DNA of 61,912 nucleotides, filler included, from Sphacelaria rigidula (Eukaryota): assembly GCA_964200075.2 (NCBI GenBank). It is 8 parts of 8 records of this genome, joined end to end, with 100 filler letters (N's around TTAATTAATTAA, not from the genome) between each part and the next. Parts side by side here need not be neighbours in the genome. Positions count along the whole stretch, not along the records: positions 46,511 to 54,161 come from CAXNAA020013925.1; positions 54,262 to 61,912 come from CAXNAA020013926.1; 6 more parts are not named here. One strand, given 5' to 3'. Positions 50,797-61,912 of this stretch are shown piece by piece (the first letter of the stretch is position 1; each line of letters opens with the position of its first letter). Made by a program: the position numbers and the translations under genes. The notes under the pieces were generated by a model that saw nothing but the letters and a program-made list of their open reading frames with translations, made no database searches and was not told the DNA's origin.

Positions 50797-50973
50797 ATGG
50801 CGAACATGATACGACGATTCGGCAAGAAGTCTTCGAACAACAACTCGAACTCGACCGCGGCCAACAGCAGCACCAGCAGCACCCGCTCGCCTCGCCTCAC
50901 AGACCCTGGCCCGGGTTCCGCGCTCCCTCCCAACGGTCACACGCATCCAGCACACCCGCTACCGTCAGAGCAG
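50797..50973 (+). CDS. Probable first coding exon of an unidentified gene
   Basis: AACATGG start context, 59 low-complexity codons (MANMIRRFGKKSS..PLPSEQ) and a strong CAG|GTAAGG donor. TATATAAAAA lies at 50766. Confidence 0.55.
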
Positions 50974-53900
50974 GTAAGGGAACGAACGGGGGGGGGGGGG
51001 GGGGGGGGGGGGGATTTTTCCCTAGGCACCCGCCCGGGGGGCCGTGGTACGGGGTGGGGGAAGGGGGGGGTTGGGAGGTTGTGTGGNNNNNNNNNNTCTA
51101 GCGCTCCAGCAATTTGGGCCTTCCGGGGTTGGGCTTGCGCGGGGGGGGGGGGGGGGGGGAGGGAGGCGATTGTTACCTAGGCACCTGCCTACGGTGCTCT
51201 TGTACTGACTTCGGGAAAGGTATGGTTGGAAGATTGTCTGGTGTGGAGGACGTGTATCGATCGACATGTCTCTCGTGGTCGGTAGCACAACCGTGGTAGT
51301 TATGTCGTGGTGATCGTGTTATGAAGTCATCCATAGTCGCCCCCGCGTGTCGAAGCTCCTTTTTGTTGTCATCCCTTGGGCCATACCACGGTAGAGGCTC
51401 TACATTTGGGCCCACATCTTCGTCATTGAGGGGCTCCTAGAGTTCATCGTGGGTCAGGCCATTCCCGTTTTCAAAACCATCCGTGATGTCCCTAGCCCAT
51501 TTGAATGCTCGTCGTGGCGTGTCCTCACATATTCTATGTGTCATTTTTTTTAATGCTATTACGGTCTCCTAGCAAGTCACACCTGAGAAATATGTTGTGC
51601 GACCCCTGGCATGGCATGAAGGTTCAGCCGCGCACAATTGGAACTACTGACTGACTGCTCGGGTTGAGATATTTTTTTTTGGCAGGGGTCGGCACATTTC
51701 TCCCTCTCGGTCCTTGCACGCCTCCCCCTCTCCTCTCCCCCTTTAGCCTGGTTCGGTGAAATCCCAACGTGCTCCGTCCCGGCTTCTTAAAGATGCCAGG
51801 TCAAATCTCATATAACTACGGCATGCAAAGTCATAAGTACACCCCGGTCTGCCCCTTTTTGGCCATAAAGTAGAAATTTGCATATTGGATCAAAACCACG
51901 CCCCTGGACACTAGATGGCGTATTCAAGAAGTGTACTGCGTACTGCATGGAATCATTGTCTATTGCAAGAGACGCAATGGTCGATACTGTACGCAGTATA
52001 CTTCTTGACAGAGCGATCTGTAGTCCACGGTGTGATGAAAACCACCGTGAAACCAGTGTGAAAAGGCTTCTGCCATCCGCTGCATTTTGCTCTGCAGGAG
52101 CGATGTACAGTGCATAGATAACGGATTAGGTAGCTGATGTAGTATTTTCAGAGCCAAATGTTTCTGGGGAAACACATAGCTCTGCACTTCCCGAAAGATA
52201 GGTAACCACTCCATGGTACGAAATCGAAATACAGCACATGTTGTTGGTTCTGCACTTCCGTACACCCAAAAAAACGGTTACATGAAACGATCCCAAGAAA
52301 ATACACTGCTTCACGGTTGAATACAGGTGCTAGTCAAGGCCTCGGACCGTTCCTGACCTTCGGGCCGCCCATTTTTTCGAGATCGAAATATCTTGATTAG
52401 ACGTCTTGTTTTTCTTGGCGCGACGTTTGTCCGACTGGCACCTTCGACTGTGCAAATAATGGAATTGGAAAGAAATCAAATTCATCCAAAGGTTTTCCTT
52501 CTGGATACCCCCACGGTGGTCATGGTCATGCCCTTCCCCCCCGACCTCTTCAACCTCCCGATCAATTAGCCCTGACCTGGCTGTACAGGCGCGCGAGATA
52601 TCATTCACCCTTTTACGCCTGGACCCCTGGTTGGATATCAGGTGTACAGACGAAATTTCAGACTCTGGGCAGTGGGTGATTACATCGTCAAGGAGTGTAC
52701 TGCGTACAGTATAGAATCTCTCGTCTATTGTGATAGACGCCTTGGTCAATACTGTACGTGGGATACTTTTCGGAGAAGGGTAATCTATTGTCCAGAGTGT
52801 GCCAAAGTTTTTAGTCTCGGAACAAAAGTTTTGGAAAACGTCGATGCCGCGCGAATGCCGCTTGTCATATCTATCCGTGCGTGAAGCTCCACTTCTGTAG
52901 TAGTTGCAGATTAACCGGCTCACACACAGTGCGGCACGCACAGCAGCTGTAGCGGTGATTGTGCATGAAGAGGCAGCGCATGTAGTGCTGTACGTTTAAA
53001 TTGTAGGGCAAGGCACACCGCAGATTATCGCGCGATTGATTGGTTTGGCTAGCTGGCTGGCTGGCTGATTGGAGCACAGTCACTGATCAGACACCAACTC
53101 AGCCAAGTTGTGCATGAAAATAACGAAAGTTGCATCCACCTCCCTCAACTATAGCGAGCGAGGCTCCTGCGTGATTCTTGACTGAAACGTCTTGGCTTTT
53201 GCGGAAGTCGTGCTAGCGTAGTCGTCCATGCCCATGTAGCGTCCAAATACACCCCCACGGCCATTATTCTCCAAAAACTCGCGGGATTGTCAGCGGCTAA
53301 AAATTCGAAGTGATTACGTAGCATACGTGATGAGAACTTGACCCTTTCACCGCTAAGGTGAACGATCTGTTGAATCGTTTTTTTTTGTTTGTTTCATAGA
53401 TGATCGTTCATACGTGAATATCGAAAATAAGTCACGAAATTGCTCATGGTTCAGCTAGACTTTTACCCACATGAGATTGTTTTTAGCCGTGACATTATCG
53501 GATACGCGTTTCCGTATGTTACCCTGTTCGGATAGGTGGTGCGTTTCAGTGTGAAAATTACAGAACAATTTTGTAAGTTCTCTCTCCACGGAACGAACCA
53601 CCGCCCCCCCCCCAAGGTCAACGTTTGACTCAAGAAGAAGTCTGTTCGACCCAATTTTGTCTTGAATATGGCAAGTCATTATTTAGCAGTGTGAAATAAA
53701 AACCAAGGCTAGTAGACGTGGCACACGAACAAGCTAGGTTAAACCCGACGCACATTTTGAATTGCTGTCGCACAATGTGCGCGAAATTATGAATTAGCGC
53801 CACGCTGTGCCCTCGTCTCGTCCTCTTTTTCTCATATCCCGATTGACTCTTGCGCACCTGCCTCCCACTGCGATCACTGTTTCGTCATGTTGCGTGTATC

Positions 53901-55179
53901 GCTGATCGTACTGTTATTCGGGCCGTTCATCTTCGTTGCCGGAAACGCAGGAGGTGAACGAAATGTTCCTGAAAGTAATGGACAGCCATGGGTGAGTCAT
54001 GAAGATTTGTATATTTATTTTTGTTACATTTTTCTAGTTTTCTTGAAATATATGGGATAGTTTGGCCACCCCTTAGTGCCTTGGCACTATTGCTCCGTCT
54101 CGAAAGGGATGCGTGGTCAATGGTCACACGACTAAGGCAAGCAACAAATAAGTACGCCCCCNNNNNNNNNNNNNNNNNNNNNNNNNNNNNNNNNNNNNNN
54201 NNNNNTTAATTAATTAANNNNNNNNNNNNNNNNNNNNNNNNNNNNNNNNNNNNNNNNNNNNCCCCCCCCCGAGCTCTGGAAACCCCCCAATGTCTCGGGA
54301 GTGTCAGCCTGTGCAACTGTTCCGAGGCGACGCTCGTCGTCGAAGGGTTAAGCTTTCGCCGACGGTCGCGTATCACGCCTTTTTTTCGGAGTTTTTCTTT
54401 TTACCGTTTGGCTTGGTTTCAGCGTAGGACAGTGTCAGTTGCAATTTCACGGATAGAGCATGATCGTCTCCAGTGGACGCCGCGGTTTATGAACGATCAC
54501 TTCTCTGGAATGTCTGCAATATTATTGAAGAGGGACAGCAGTGTATGGGTATGCAAGTCGGGTCTGGAGATGACTTTGTCGGGATCTTTGTTGATACGGT
54601 CACGAACATGCCTGTGTCACGCGAACATGCCTGTGTCACGCGGCCTCTACAAAGATCTTACGGTATGTCCACCTCGATGTGTGCAACACAGTCTGAGGAA
54701 TTCAGCGTAGTCTAACCACACTGGTTCGGGGATAAGGGCACATCCGCGCACAACAGCATAGTTGTTCACGCAAAAAGCGGGAGCCCCCACCAGTTAGCTC
54801 TCAGAATGGCGATGTGTACCACCACCGATCTATCTCGACTGTGTAAGATGTCTGCAGTGGGGTAAAATACCAGCGAGTGTGCTGGTGTATATCTCGTCGC
54901 GGTTGAAGTCAGCCAGTAGCGCTTCCCCCATTTATCATATTTCCTTTGCCCATGTGCTTACTCCCCCCCCCCGCCCCTAGAGGACAAGAGGAGGAGAGTC
55001 GTGAAATGAAACAGAGTTCAAATCATAGTCTCGCAGGGAGAGCATTGATGAGTGATGACAAAGTTGACACGGAAGCTGAAGGGTACCCCCCAACACCCTC
55101 ACATCGCCACGTCCTCCATCCGCGCGTGCGCTCGCCACCTGTTGCTTCTGTCGTTCGCCTTTCTGATCTCTCTTCCCAG

Positions 55180-58100
55180 GCTCAACGACTAGTCTTTGAT
55201 CAAAGCAGTCCCAACGGCATTCTTCTGTTCCGAGAATGCTCCAAGATAGCCGTTGCCTTCGGAACTCGTCTCTTGCAGGTAACACTTGTACAAAATCTTG
55301 CACCAAGGAATGGATAGTGACTAGTCGCCGCGCTTTCTACTTCCTGCTGCCCATGGATTCTTGTTCGCTCTCAGTTGGATTTTGTGTAATTTTGCGTGAA
55401 GGAACATTCACTATTTGAATCAGTCATGACTCGTCGTGACTCGCGTCGTACACAGCCATTCCGAAAGGTCAGTCAAGATAACCCTGACTCGACTCATGCG
55501 AGTAACTGAGAAAACCAAGACGAGTCTGATACGCTGTCTGTCACACAGCGCGTGCTTGATCGAAGCAAACGTGGTGAAGAGCTGTTCGCAGCCTGCACGG
55601 GAGACACGTCATCCCCGTAATTTCCTGTACTGTGTTGTCTGTCGGTGCAGCGCACTCATCGATCTGTGTGCAATGCACTTACAGGCGTGAAGAGTACCCT
55701 GCGGCAGTGACCAAATCTAACGAACATTCCTAATATGAATGTTCGGTTCACTCGACGAGCCATTCCTGAGGAATAAGGTCGACTCGGCTTAAAAAATCTG
55801 ACAAGTCGTCCGTAAAAATTGCTCACTGTGCGATATCAGTCCGAAAGTTATACGAGCTGGGCCAGCCGAGAAGCGGTTCTGTAGTTTGCAGGCCCATTAT
55901 ACGGCCAATATTTAGAATTGGACCCTGAAATTTGGTATGGACAATAAATAGGGCACGATGAAAAAATGATCAGTGCACACAAGTTTTTTTTTTTTCCATT
56001 AGTTGGGGGCATTCTACCGATATCTGAAAAGTGATTATTGCCCTTAACTCATGGAAACAAAAAAAAAACCTGTGTGCACTAGTCATTTTTTATTATGCGC
56101 TATTCATTGTCCATACCAAATTTCAGGGCCCAACTCTGAGTATTGAGTATTGGCCGTATAATGGGCCGTTTAGTGACGGGGTCAGAAAAATTCGGAACAA
56201 AAGTTTGCAGGCCACTTAACGGCTCACGTTTGGTGTTTGTGTATTGAATCTTTGTGTGGGCCGTGGCTAGGGCATGATTGACGAAACAAAGTGGGTCAGG
56301 TTGATTATTTTTTTATTTTTTCACTGGTTTAGGGCGTTTTAGTATGGAAACCGCGATTGTTTGACGAGAACACCCGAACCTCTCCCCCCCCAAAAAAAAA
56401 CAAACTGAGGACGCATTTTTTTTTATTCAGCATACTTCTGTGGTTCTTTCTCCTGAATTTCAAATTACAATTCTAAAAATTTTGCTAAAAATTTGTGATG
56501 GAACCCAAAGGCAGTGTCCATTTCTCCTCAAAACTGCCCCAAAAACCCTAAAGAAATTAAAATGCTGTGTTTATAAGCTTTATTATGCACTAGCGTTTTT
56601 CCATACGAAATTTTATGGCATAACTATCAAAAACTGAGACGCGATATCCAGGTTTCGCTAATCTAGCGCATCTGCTCGTAATATACTGATTTTAGTATCG
56701 AAAATTATGTGCGCCGTATCTCGAGATAGATTACGAATTACGTAAAGGTGAGGGTATCTATCGTCTCCCCGTGCTTCAGGGAATGCCCACACCGAAATTT
56801 GTCGCCATCCGCTGAATGCATCGATCGGGGGTTTCATAGAGATTTTTGTATGGACGCTATCTCCTTTAGGTATAAGAATTTCTAGACATGGGGTTTAATC
56901 AACGAGAAAATATGGGCCCAATTTTTGTAGCAGATGGGCACCTTTCCCTTGGTTGGACGATTAATACAATATGCGGATCATGGCCCAAGTCGTCCGTGTC
57001 GACGAGATATTGCTTTGAGAGCTTAAATCCGTGTCTAGGCTGGCCCAGATTGTACCGACAAGTCCAAATCGCTCGATTCCGACTTCGACTCGTTCGACCT
57101 GTCGAAACTTTTATGTAGCCCTGTGCTTGTGTAGGTCCATCATTTGTGCTTCGTTTGTTGCCTTCGGTTCGATTTCGGGTTCCGTGTTCTCGGTTCATGT
57201 GTGTGGTCCTTGTATAATGCCGAGTTAGCAGTTGTGGCAAGAAACACTCGCCGGCGATGTATCTCTGTTCACCTGAAGACCGTGTGCGATGACTGGAAAT
57301 GATTCAAAATCTGGAAAACACTGACCCGGATGGTAACCCGCTGGATTATGACACGAAGAAATGGCACTCGCGTACGACACCTTTTGCATGCCCTGAATTC
57401 ATGATCCGTTGCTTACATGATGACCCAAAGTAGACGCCGGGAACCTGTGGTAGCTCGGGGGCAATTATGCGCGTTGTTGAACAGCTCTTGATGATGTCTG
57501 CCAAAAGCACTCTCATATGTCGCCCGGTTTCAATACGCCCAACAGGCATGCGCTGTGTTCGATACCGCAATGAGCTATGGATAGCTCCCCGTCGTTGAAC
57601 TACGCTGGCTCATTGATGGTCGATATGATCTCCATCCAGATTGGCGTTATTCCCGCTAGGCGAACAAATACCTCCCCGGCAACATTGTGTCCCACCGTCT
57701 GTCATGCGTATTATTCATGCTGCAAACCACGTGCGCGTCCGTATCGAGTTCACACTGTGCACGAAACTTACTATTTGAAACCGGAATTTCCCCGCCTCCC
57801 GTGCGCTTCTCCCTTCTGTGCGGCTTACAGCTTCCGCCACCGCAGTCGACCAATCTGTACCGAGAAAAGTACAAGGGGATCGCCCTGTGCCTGGGGATGT
57901 TGAGCACGGCGCTCGCGGGGACGTACGTGAACTTCGGGGTGTTCACGCTGTACAACGATAAGGTCTGTGTATTAGTATGTGTATGTGTACGTGTGGTTTG
58001 CTTCACCGTGTCCTTCCTTCGAGCGATCACTTGTCATTTATCCTTTTCTTGTCCATCGGTTGTTAACTTTTCTTCTCGTGTCCTGTGTGTACTCTCTTCG

Positions 58101-59662
58101 TTCTTGCCTCCTTTTCCGCATGACTGTACCGTTCCTTTCCCTTTCTTGCTGTTGATATTCCCGGAATATTCGAAGTCCGTTGATTTGGGAACTCGTTTCA
58201 CCGCGGGCTTGCTTCCGTGTGTGTCGTGTGTGGCAATCGAAAACTTGTTTCCCCCCGCACCCCCCATTTCCCACGGGATGAAAGTCATGAGAACCCCACC
58301 CCCCCACCCCCCAACCNNNNNNNNNNTGTTTGGCGGTGTAATATAAAACTTTTTTCCCCCCCGCCCCCCCCTCTTTTTTGGGTTGAAAGAAAAGAACCAC
58401 CCCCCCCCCCCCCCCCCCCCTCCCCTCCCCTCCCATTTCCGTGGTGTAGGTGCCAGTGGCGCACCTACACGTGTGCGCTTAGGAGAGCTGGGTTGGGTCC
58501 AAGTTATTTCAAGCACGCGTGTATCAGCATGTTAAGAGCGTTGGTGTATTTCACTCTTGCCCAATTGGAATGCGACTTTTTTATTTGTTACTTTTTGCCA
58601 CAACTTGCAGATCGGCGGGAGAGCCCAGTAGGCGTGTTGGGGTGACAAGAAACTGATGTATTATGTTGCGGGGATTGGTACCTCGCAACCGTGTGCAACG
58701 CGACCTTTTCAGCTTATTGTGTAGGATACGCATCCAGCAGATGATCAAGCAGTGGGCAGTTTGGGATCTACAGCTCCAGGGGCAGATACCTTATTACGCG
58801 TGGCAGGCTGGTTACTACAACAGGATTCAGAGTACCCTCGCCCCCCAAAGGACGACCTACATCCAATAGTTGTATGTGGGTGCAGTTATTTCTTCGTGCT
58901 TCCACTCGTTGATTTCTTTCCCCCGTTTTTCAACCCGTCGACCGCCAGACGGGTCATGCGTTGATATGGCAACACATTGACTTGAAAAATGAATGGAACA
59001 CCCAGATAACCCGTCTTAGCGATCGGAGGGGGGGGGGGGGGGGGGCATGCAATATTTCACGCGTCGGACAGCTGCTCATGAGCTGCTACCTGAAATAGCC
59101 AATCGAAGAGAACTCTGCAGATTTATTGTACTAAACACACAAAACACGTGATAGCAGTGTCCGAGAAGTCAAAGCCTTACCTTCCTGCTACACGGCGTGC
59201 TTGTAGTCCATCGCTGTCAGTAGCTAATACGGAGATGGTGGCCAAATGAGCTAGCTCATGATCCGGAACAGTAGTCAAATAAGAAGTAATATCCAGGTAG
59301 CTTGTGAGTCGGCGGACGTGTGCAATATTTATCCCATTCGCCTCGTTCCTCCGTCTTTTCCTTCAGGTTATCCACCCCTTATCTTATCTTTTCCTTCAGG
59401 TTATCTTATTTTTCGGCGATTTTTTCCAAAACCATGCGTGTATGCGACAAAAAAAAAAATGCAGGCTCTAGACAACGCGTTGGAGACGGCGCTGAACCTG
59501 GCCCTAAGTGTGCCTTTGGCGGACGTGACCGCGTTCCCAAAGCTGTGCAAGTCATACTTCGTGTTTTTCGAGATACTGTTCCGGAATCACATCGCCGTCG
59601 TCGTGGCCCTGGACACACCGGTCTTCATGCGTGTCATGCACGCTCTGCACGAGGGATTGCAG
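55180..59662 (+). CDS. XPO7: Exportin-7 / RanBP16-17 family, 3 internal exons, partial
   Basis: Exons 55180-55278 (AQRLVFDQSSPNGILLFRECSK), 57831-57962 (YREKYKGI..YVNFGVFTLYNDK) and 59465-59662 (ALDNAL..FPKLCKSYFVFFEILFRNH..LHEGLQ) are all phase 0 with AG/GT boundaries. Confidence 0.93.
55891..56167. mobile_element. 277-bp foldback MITE in an XPO7 intron
   Basis: ggcccattatacggccaata ... tattggccgtataatgggcc, with ~120-bp inverted arms. Confidence 0.8.
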
Positions 59663-59697
59663 GTGTGGTGGGCGCCTTACGGGTATTGGGTAGTCCA

Positions 59698-60480
59698 TGG
59701 GGGGAGGGGGGTGTAGTCATTTTTTGCTCGCCTGCGTCCTCCGACCGTTGACCACGCACCCATATCGAGACGGAGCACCGTTCCTACTCCTGACAGAGAC
59801 ACCTCCAGCATTTGGGTGCTTATGTTCCTTCCATACATCACCCGAGAACCTCATATATATATATATATATATATATATCCTTCCTGATTTGCCGTCCGCG
59901 GTCGTTTATCTTCTGGTTTAGCCGTCGTTTTCTCGCTACTGCCTCATGTATCAAACGATTCCATGCCACCTTCGTTTACTTTCCACATTTCCCCCCATCA
60001 ACACATGCAGTTCCTCCTTGTATACATTCTGCCACTATATGACTCTCTATTGTTTCGCTACAGGGGTAAATTCTGTGCATCTACTTCTCCCTCCACTCGA
60101 CTACTGGTATACCTCTTCCTTCTTTGTGGCAGGCCCAGCTCTCCCACCCAAAACCTAATTTTTAACGTTCTCGTGGAGTCCATCTGGCCATGCAGATATG
60201 TTTGCATGCCTCTCCCCTCTCCCAGCTCCCCGTATATCTTCGGGTTTTCTTACTCGTCCACTCTCCGTTTTAGCTCCTTTTCCTCTTATTTCTACAGGCT
60301 GGTTCACGCTTATTACGCAAAATTGTGTCATCAGCAATGTCTTTCGTTTTACCTACCCTATAGTCGCATACATGATGCCATACTGGGCGCCATGGACAGC
60401 TGAAGAGCATGACATAGCCAGATCAGTGTTCAAGGCTATAATGGTAGCGCTAAGGGCGAAAAGGTACCTCGATTAATCAG
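59698..60480 (-). mobile_element. LINE 3' fragment with C-rich tail (same family as 8402 and 38152)
   Basis: Homologous to 8410-8990. Shorter 3'-UTR copies lie at 24295-24366, 54092-54161 and 61838-61912. Confidence 0.8.
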
Positions 60481-61024
60481 CGCCCTTTCATTTGTTCGGA
60501 GATCGTAAATACGAATTTCAAGCCCAATTTTCACCCAATACCTAAATCCTTCAAATTGTAGTGACTGTCATGAGCTCGGCAATCTAGCTGAAAAAAACAC
60601 GTTTGGAAACGGTTACTACCGGGTCGAAGTATACCCGAAACCGTGATGTTTCGGTGACGTGGGGTTTTGGCGTCGTCTATTTTCCCCTGATGATACGTAC
60701 GAAAGAACCAGAGAGCCCCGTGACGATTTACCTTATATTTGTTGTAGATAAGCTCAGATCGTCCTCAAACCTCGCGGTTCCGTAGGTCGTGATGCTCCAA
60801 ATGGAAAAAAAAAAATGTATTGATGACAATATTCTCCGTTCTTCACCGGCTTCCGGGGGTCCCAGTATGAAGACCCCCGGAAGGTGGTACAAAATGCCTC
60901 AAAAGCAAAATAATTAAATGACGCGTCCCGGGATAGTCAAAGAAACACATGTTCAAAGTTTATCCGAGAAACTCGAAAATGCCACACAGTTTCTCTTGCC
61001 TTGACATGAAATTCACCCGAAAAA

Positions 61025-61610
61025 GACGTTTTCATTCTAAAACCAAGTAGTTGGGAGTTTGCACGTTTCAAGCTCACGTCCTCGCACAGGCGCGCGGAAC
61101 TTCACACCGTTGTCAGGAGTTCGACCGGACCCTGAAACTTTGCACAGATATGCTATGGGTCATTACATCCTCGTTGATGTTTTTCACCGTTTGTCGGGGT
61201 TCCGACGGGATCCAAGTCGTTCTTCGAAGTATTGTCCCTTCTTCTGTGACCCCGGAAAACCGGCACTGCGTTCTTCTTTCAGTTTTTTTCACGAACGAGC
61301 TGTCAGCGCATAACTGAAGGGAGTGCCCCAAATCGTTTCGTGGCCAAATTCGACGAAAAAATGCTTGAATTTTCATTTTCACTTCAACTAAGCCCTAGAA
61401 ACGCCATTTTCATACTAAAATCAAGTAGTTTGCGGTTTCACCGTGGCACGAAAAAGTTCATCGCACAAGTACGCAAAAGTTCACACCGTTTTTAGGAGTA
61501 AGATCCTAAAATTTTAGGCAAATGTGCTATATATTATTGCGCAACTTCGGATGTAAGAGGTTTTTCCTTTTTCTTTCACCGTTTTCTGGGGTCTGACGGG
61601 ATCCAAGTTT
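61025..61610 (+). repeat. Diverged direct repeat (~61025-61220 and ~61400-61610), probably a DNA-transposon subterminal region
   Basis: Shared blocks ttttcat.ctaaaa.caagtagtt, ttcacaccgtt..caggagt and ttcaccgttt..ggggt..gacgggatccaagt. Confidence 0.65.
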
Positions 61611-61912
61611 CCTCGAAAGTCCTGGGACCCCCCAAAAAGGTGACAACGGTCGAATGGTGGCGAAACCTCGACCTGCGAAAGTTGCGTAATGACTCATAGC
61701 ACATTTGTGCAGAATCTCAGTGTCTAACGCCAGAAAACGGCGTTAACTTTTTCCTTTGAGTGTTTTTAGTTGGATAGGCGTGAACCAGCCTGTATCATGT
61801 CGCTTACTTTCGCCTCATACCCGCCACGTCTGTGAGGGAGGGGGAGGGGGGGTGTTCTCATTTGTTGCTTGCCTCAGTCGTTTGACCATTGACCACGCAT
61901 CCCTTTCGAGAC

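Noticed and set aside
54946-55179. N-terminal part of the 123-aa ORF as XPO7 coding sequence
   Set aside because: Similarity starts only after the polypyrimidine tract and CAG acceptor at 55179.

Overview
Eukaryotic, intron-rich and repeat-rich DNA. It is most likely from a brown alga or related stramenopile; this is inferred from the short exons, GT-AG introns and repeat families. The window is not one locus. It is eight unrelated contigs of almost identical length (4 x 7652 bp, then 4 x 7651 bp), joined by 100-nt N/TTAATTAATTAA linkers. Contigs 1-3 are mostly decayed transposons: a plant-type mariner, an RTE-like LINE, a second LINE, two Ty3/Gypsy elements and MITEs. Host gene fragments were rebuilt by hand from splice sites and reading phase. 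(i) An 11-exon, minus-strand gene (24505-30718) encodes an Agd3/CE18-like metal-dependent polysaccharide deacetylase domain with all catalytic motifs intact; this is the most interesting object here. (ii) Four exons encode a RING-H2 E3 ligase. (iii) Three exons encode exportin-7. (iv) There are exons of two unidentified genes. All family assignments come from motif recognition by eye, not from database searches.
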